Positions 62,723 through 64,000 of a DNA stretch of 64,000 nt are shown here, one piece after another. This DNA is from Candidatus Bathyarchaeota archaeon (GTDB taxonomy: Archaea > Thermoproteota > Bathyarchaeia > Bathyarchaeales > Bathycorpusculaceae). Made by a program: the position numbers and the translations under genes. The DNA lies in NCBI GenBank assembly GCA_963806535.1, contig CAWDYC010000011.1:32001-96000 (forward strand), given 5' to 3'. The notes beneath the pieces were generated by a model that made no database searches, had not been told where the DNA came from, and saw only the letters and a list, made by a program, of their open reading frames with translations. Numbering within the stretch: position 1 is the first letter of the stretch; each line of letters opens with the position of its first letter.

Positions 62723-64000
62723 ATTGACGTTTGTGTTTTTTTTTGAAGTAAACCAACAAACCAGCAAATACAGCCATTAAACTAAGTAACATGGAAATTG
62801 TAAATGAAGGAAACTCTGGGATTGCGATTTCTGGAATTAGTAAGGGGTTCATGAGCGGAAAACGGTCTGTATTGTTATTGTAAATTACGTAGGGTGTGTC
62901 GCCTATTCCTGAGGCGTCAATTTCTGTGGCGTTCGGATACTTTGTTAGATAGTCGCTCCAGTAGTTCCCTGCTGTGCCATTGTCCCACGTGCTCACCGAT
63001 ATTGGGAGGACATTTGGAAAAGGCTCAAGAACGATGTCGAACCACTCTTTGGTGTTGTTTATGAAATTGTTGTTGTAAAGAATGTTGATTCCGCTATATT
63101 CAGTGTAGATGCCCGTGGCGCTGTTAGTTATGTTGTTTCTAGTTACGATGTTTGAAGCTGCTGCACCAAAGTAGATGCCGTTGCCGTTTCCTGTTATCAC
63201 ATTTGAGTCAATGACGTTGTTTGCGGAAAATGTGCCTAATCCCGCGCCCAAACCGATGCCATTTTCGTTATTTGCAATTATGTTTTTGCTTATTGTGTTG
63301 TTATTAGATGCATCTAAACTGACGCCAAACAGATTGTTTGAGAACGCGTTGTTAATTATTGTTGAGTTCTCGGTGGAACCCTAAGTATACGCCTTCAGCG
63401 TTGCCAGACAGGTTTAGGTTTGAGAGAGTTATGTTTGTACAACCTATGAGGGCAACGTATCCAGCGTCGATAGGAATGGACCTATCATGCTGGTTGACCC
63501 AATAATAGATTGGCTTACCATTCACCTTGTTTGAAGTGTCTACATCGACGCCTTTGAGGGCAGTAATTCCTTGAACATTAAAGACGTGGAAGCCGTAGGT
63601 GTTGCCGTTCAGAGTGTTATTTCTTAAAACACTGCCTGCGCCACCACCAACGAAAAAGCCGTACTTGTTATCCGTTAACGTGTTTCCAAAAACATTGGTG
63701 TTGGTGAAATATGTTAGTGTGATTCCTACATTATTGTTTGTAACGTCATTACCTGAAATGATGTTGTTCGAACCGGCGACTGCGCTCTCCAGTTCAATTC
63801 CCGATGTGTTGTTTAGCAAGTTGTTTTCAACGATTCTGTTGTTGGAAGACAATCCAGATATTTCGACGCCAATGAGGTTTCCTTTAAGATTATTTTTAGA
63901 GATTATACAGTTGTTAGAACCAGTAACGAGAATGCCGGCTCTTCCCAGAAATCCTTGAATTACTACGTTTCTCACTGTCACGTTACTTCTCCCTTCAATG
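62718..64000 (-). CDS. NosD/CASH right-handed beta-helix surface protein with IPEF anchor; 5'-partial, frameshifted near 63380
   Basis: N.I..N.I..N..GI repeats, N.VNGKPIYYW, GNYWSDY...GIGDTPY...D.FPL, IPEF-TM-KKKHKR. Confidence 0.85.

Overview
Archaeal chromosomal window, AT-rich, most consistent with a TACK lineage such as Bathyarchaeia. This is an inference from gene content (eS30, GatDE, Elp3, Rio2, Lsm, archaeal LeuRS/TyrRS, TackOD1- and NitrOD5-like domains, many PEF-/PFPT-anchored exported proteins). Many genes, including essential ones, are split by single-base indels, which looks like long-read assembly error rather than real decay. Layout: (i) 1-12.4 kb, a type IV pilus-like locus (pilin tail, a ~1,590-codon pilin-headed adhesin, ATPase, two TadC-like proteins) followed by signalling genes; (ii) 12.7-31.5 kb, mixed membrane and housekeeping genes, with an unexplained ~124-nt multi-branch structured RNA candidate and an ORB-like repeat region beside two paralogous wHTH genes; (iii) 31.5-40.5 kb, accessory island 1 (tandem-AbrB gene behind a 10-bp-phased AGTCAA array, variable exported proteins, vapBC, Sir2); (iv) 40.7-57.1 kb, mostly core genes; (v) 57.2-64 kb, accessory island 2 (MazF-type TA pair, exported proteins, single genes bracketed by a 21-bp palindrome). 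The most interesting signal is a set of reused non-coding modules in the two islands: AGTCAA-N6-TTGACT boxes, a TA-adjacent hairpin element, a palindrome and a shared promoter block. They separate cassette-sized genes, suggesting an integron-like or otherwise modular cassette system or regulon. No recombinase gene is present in this window. All calls are by eye; no searches were run.
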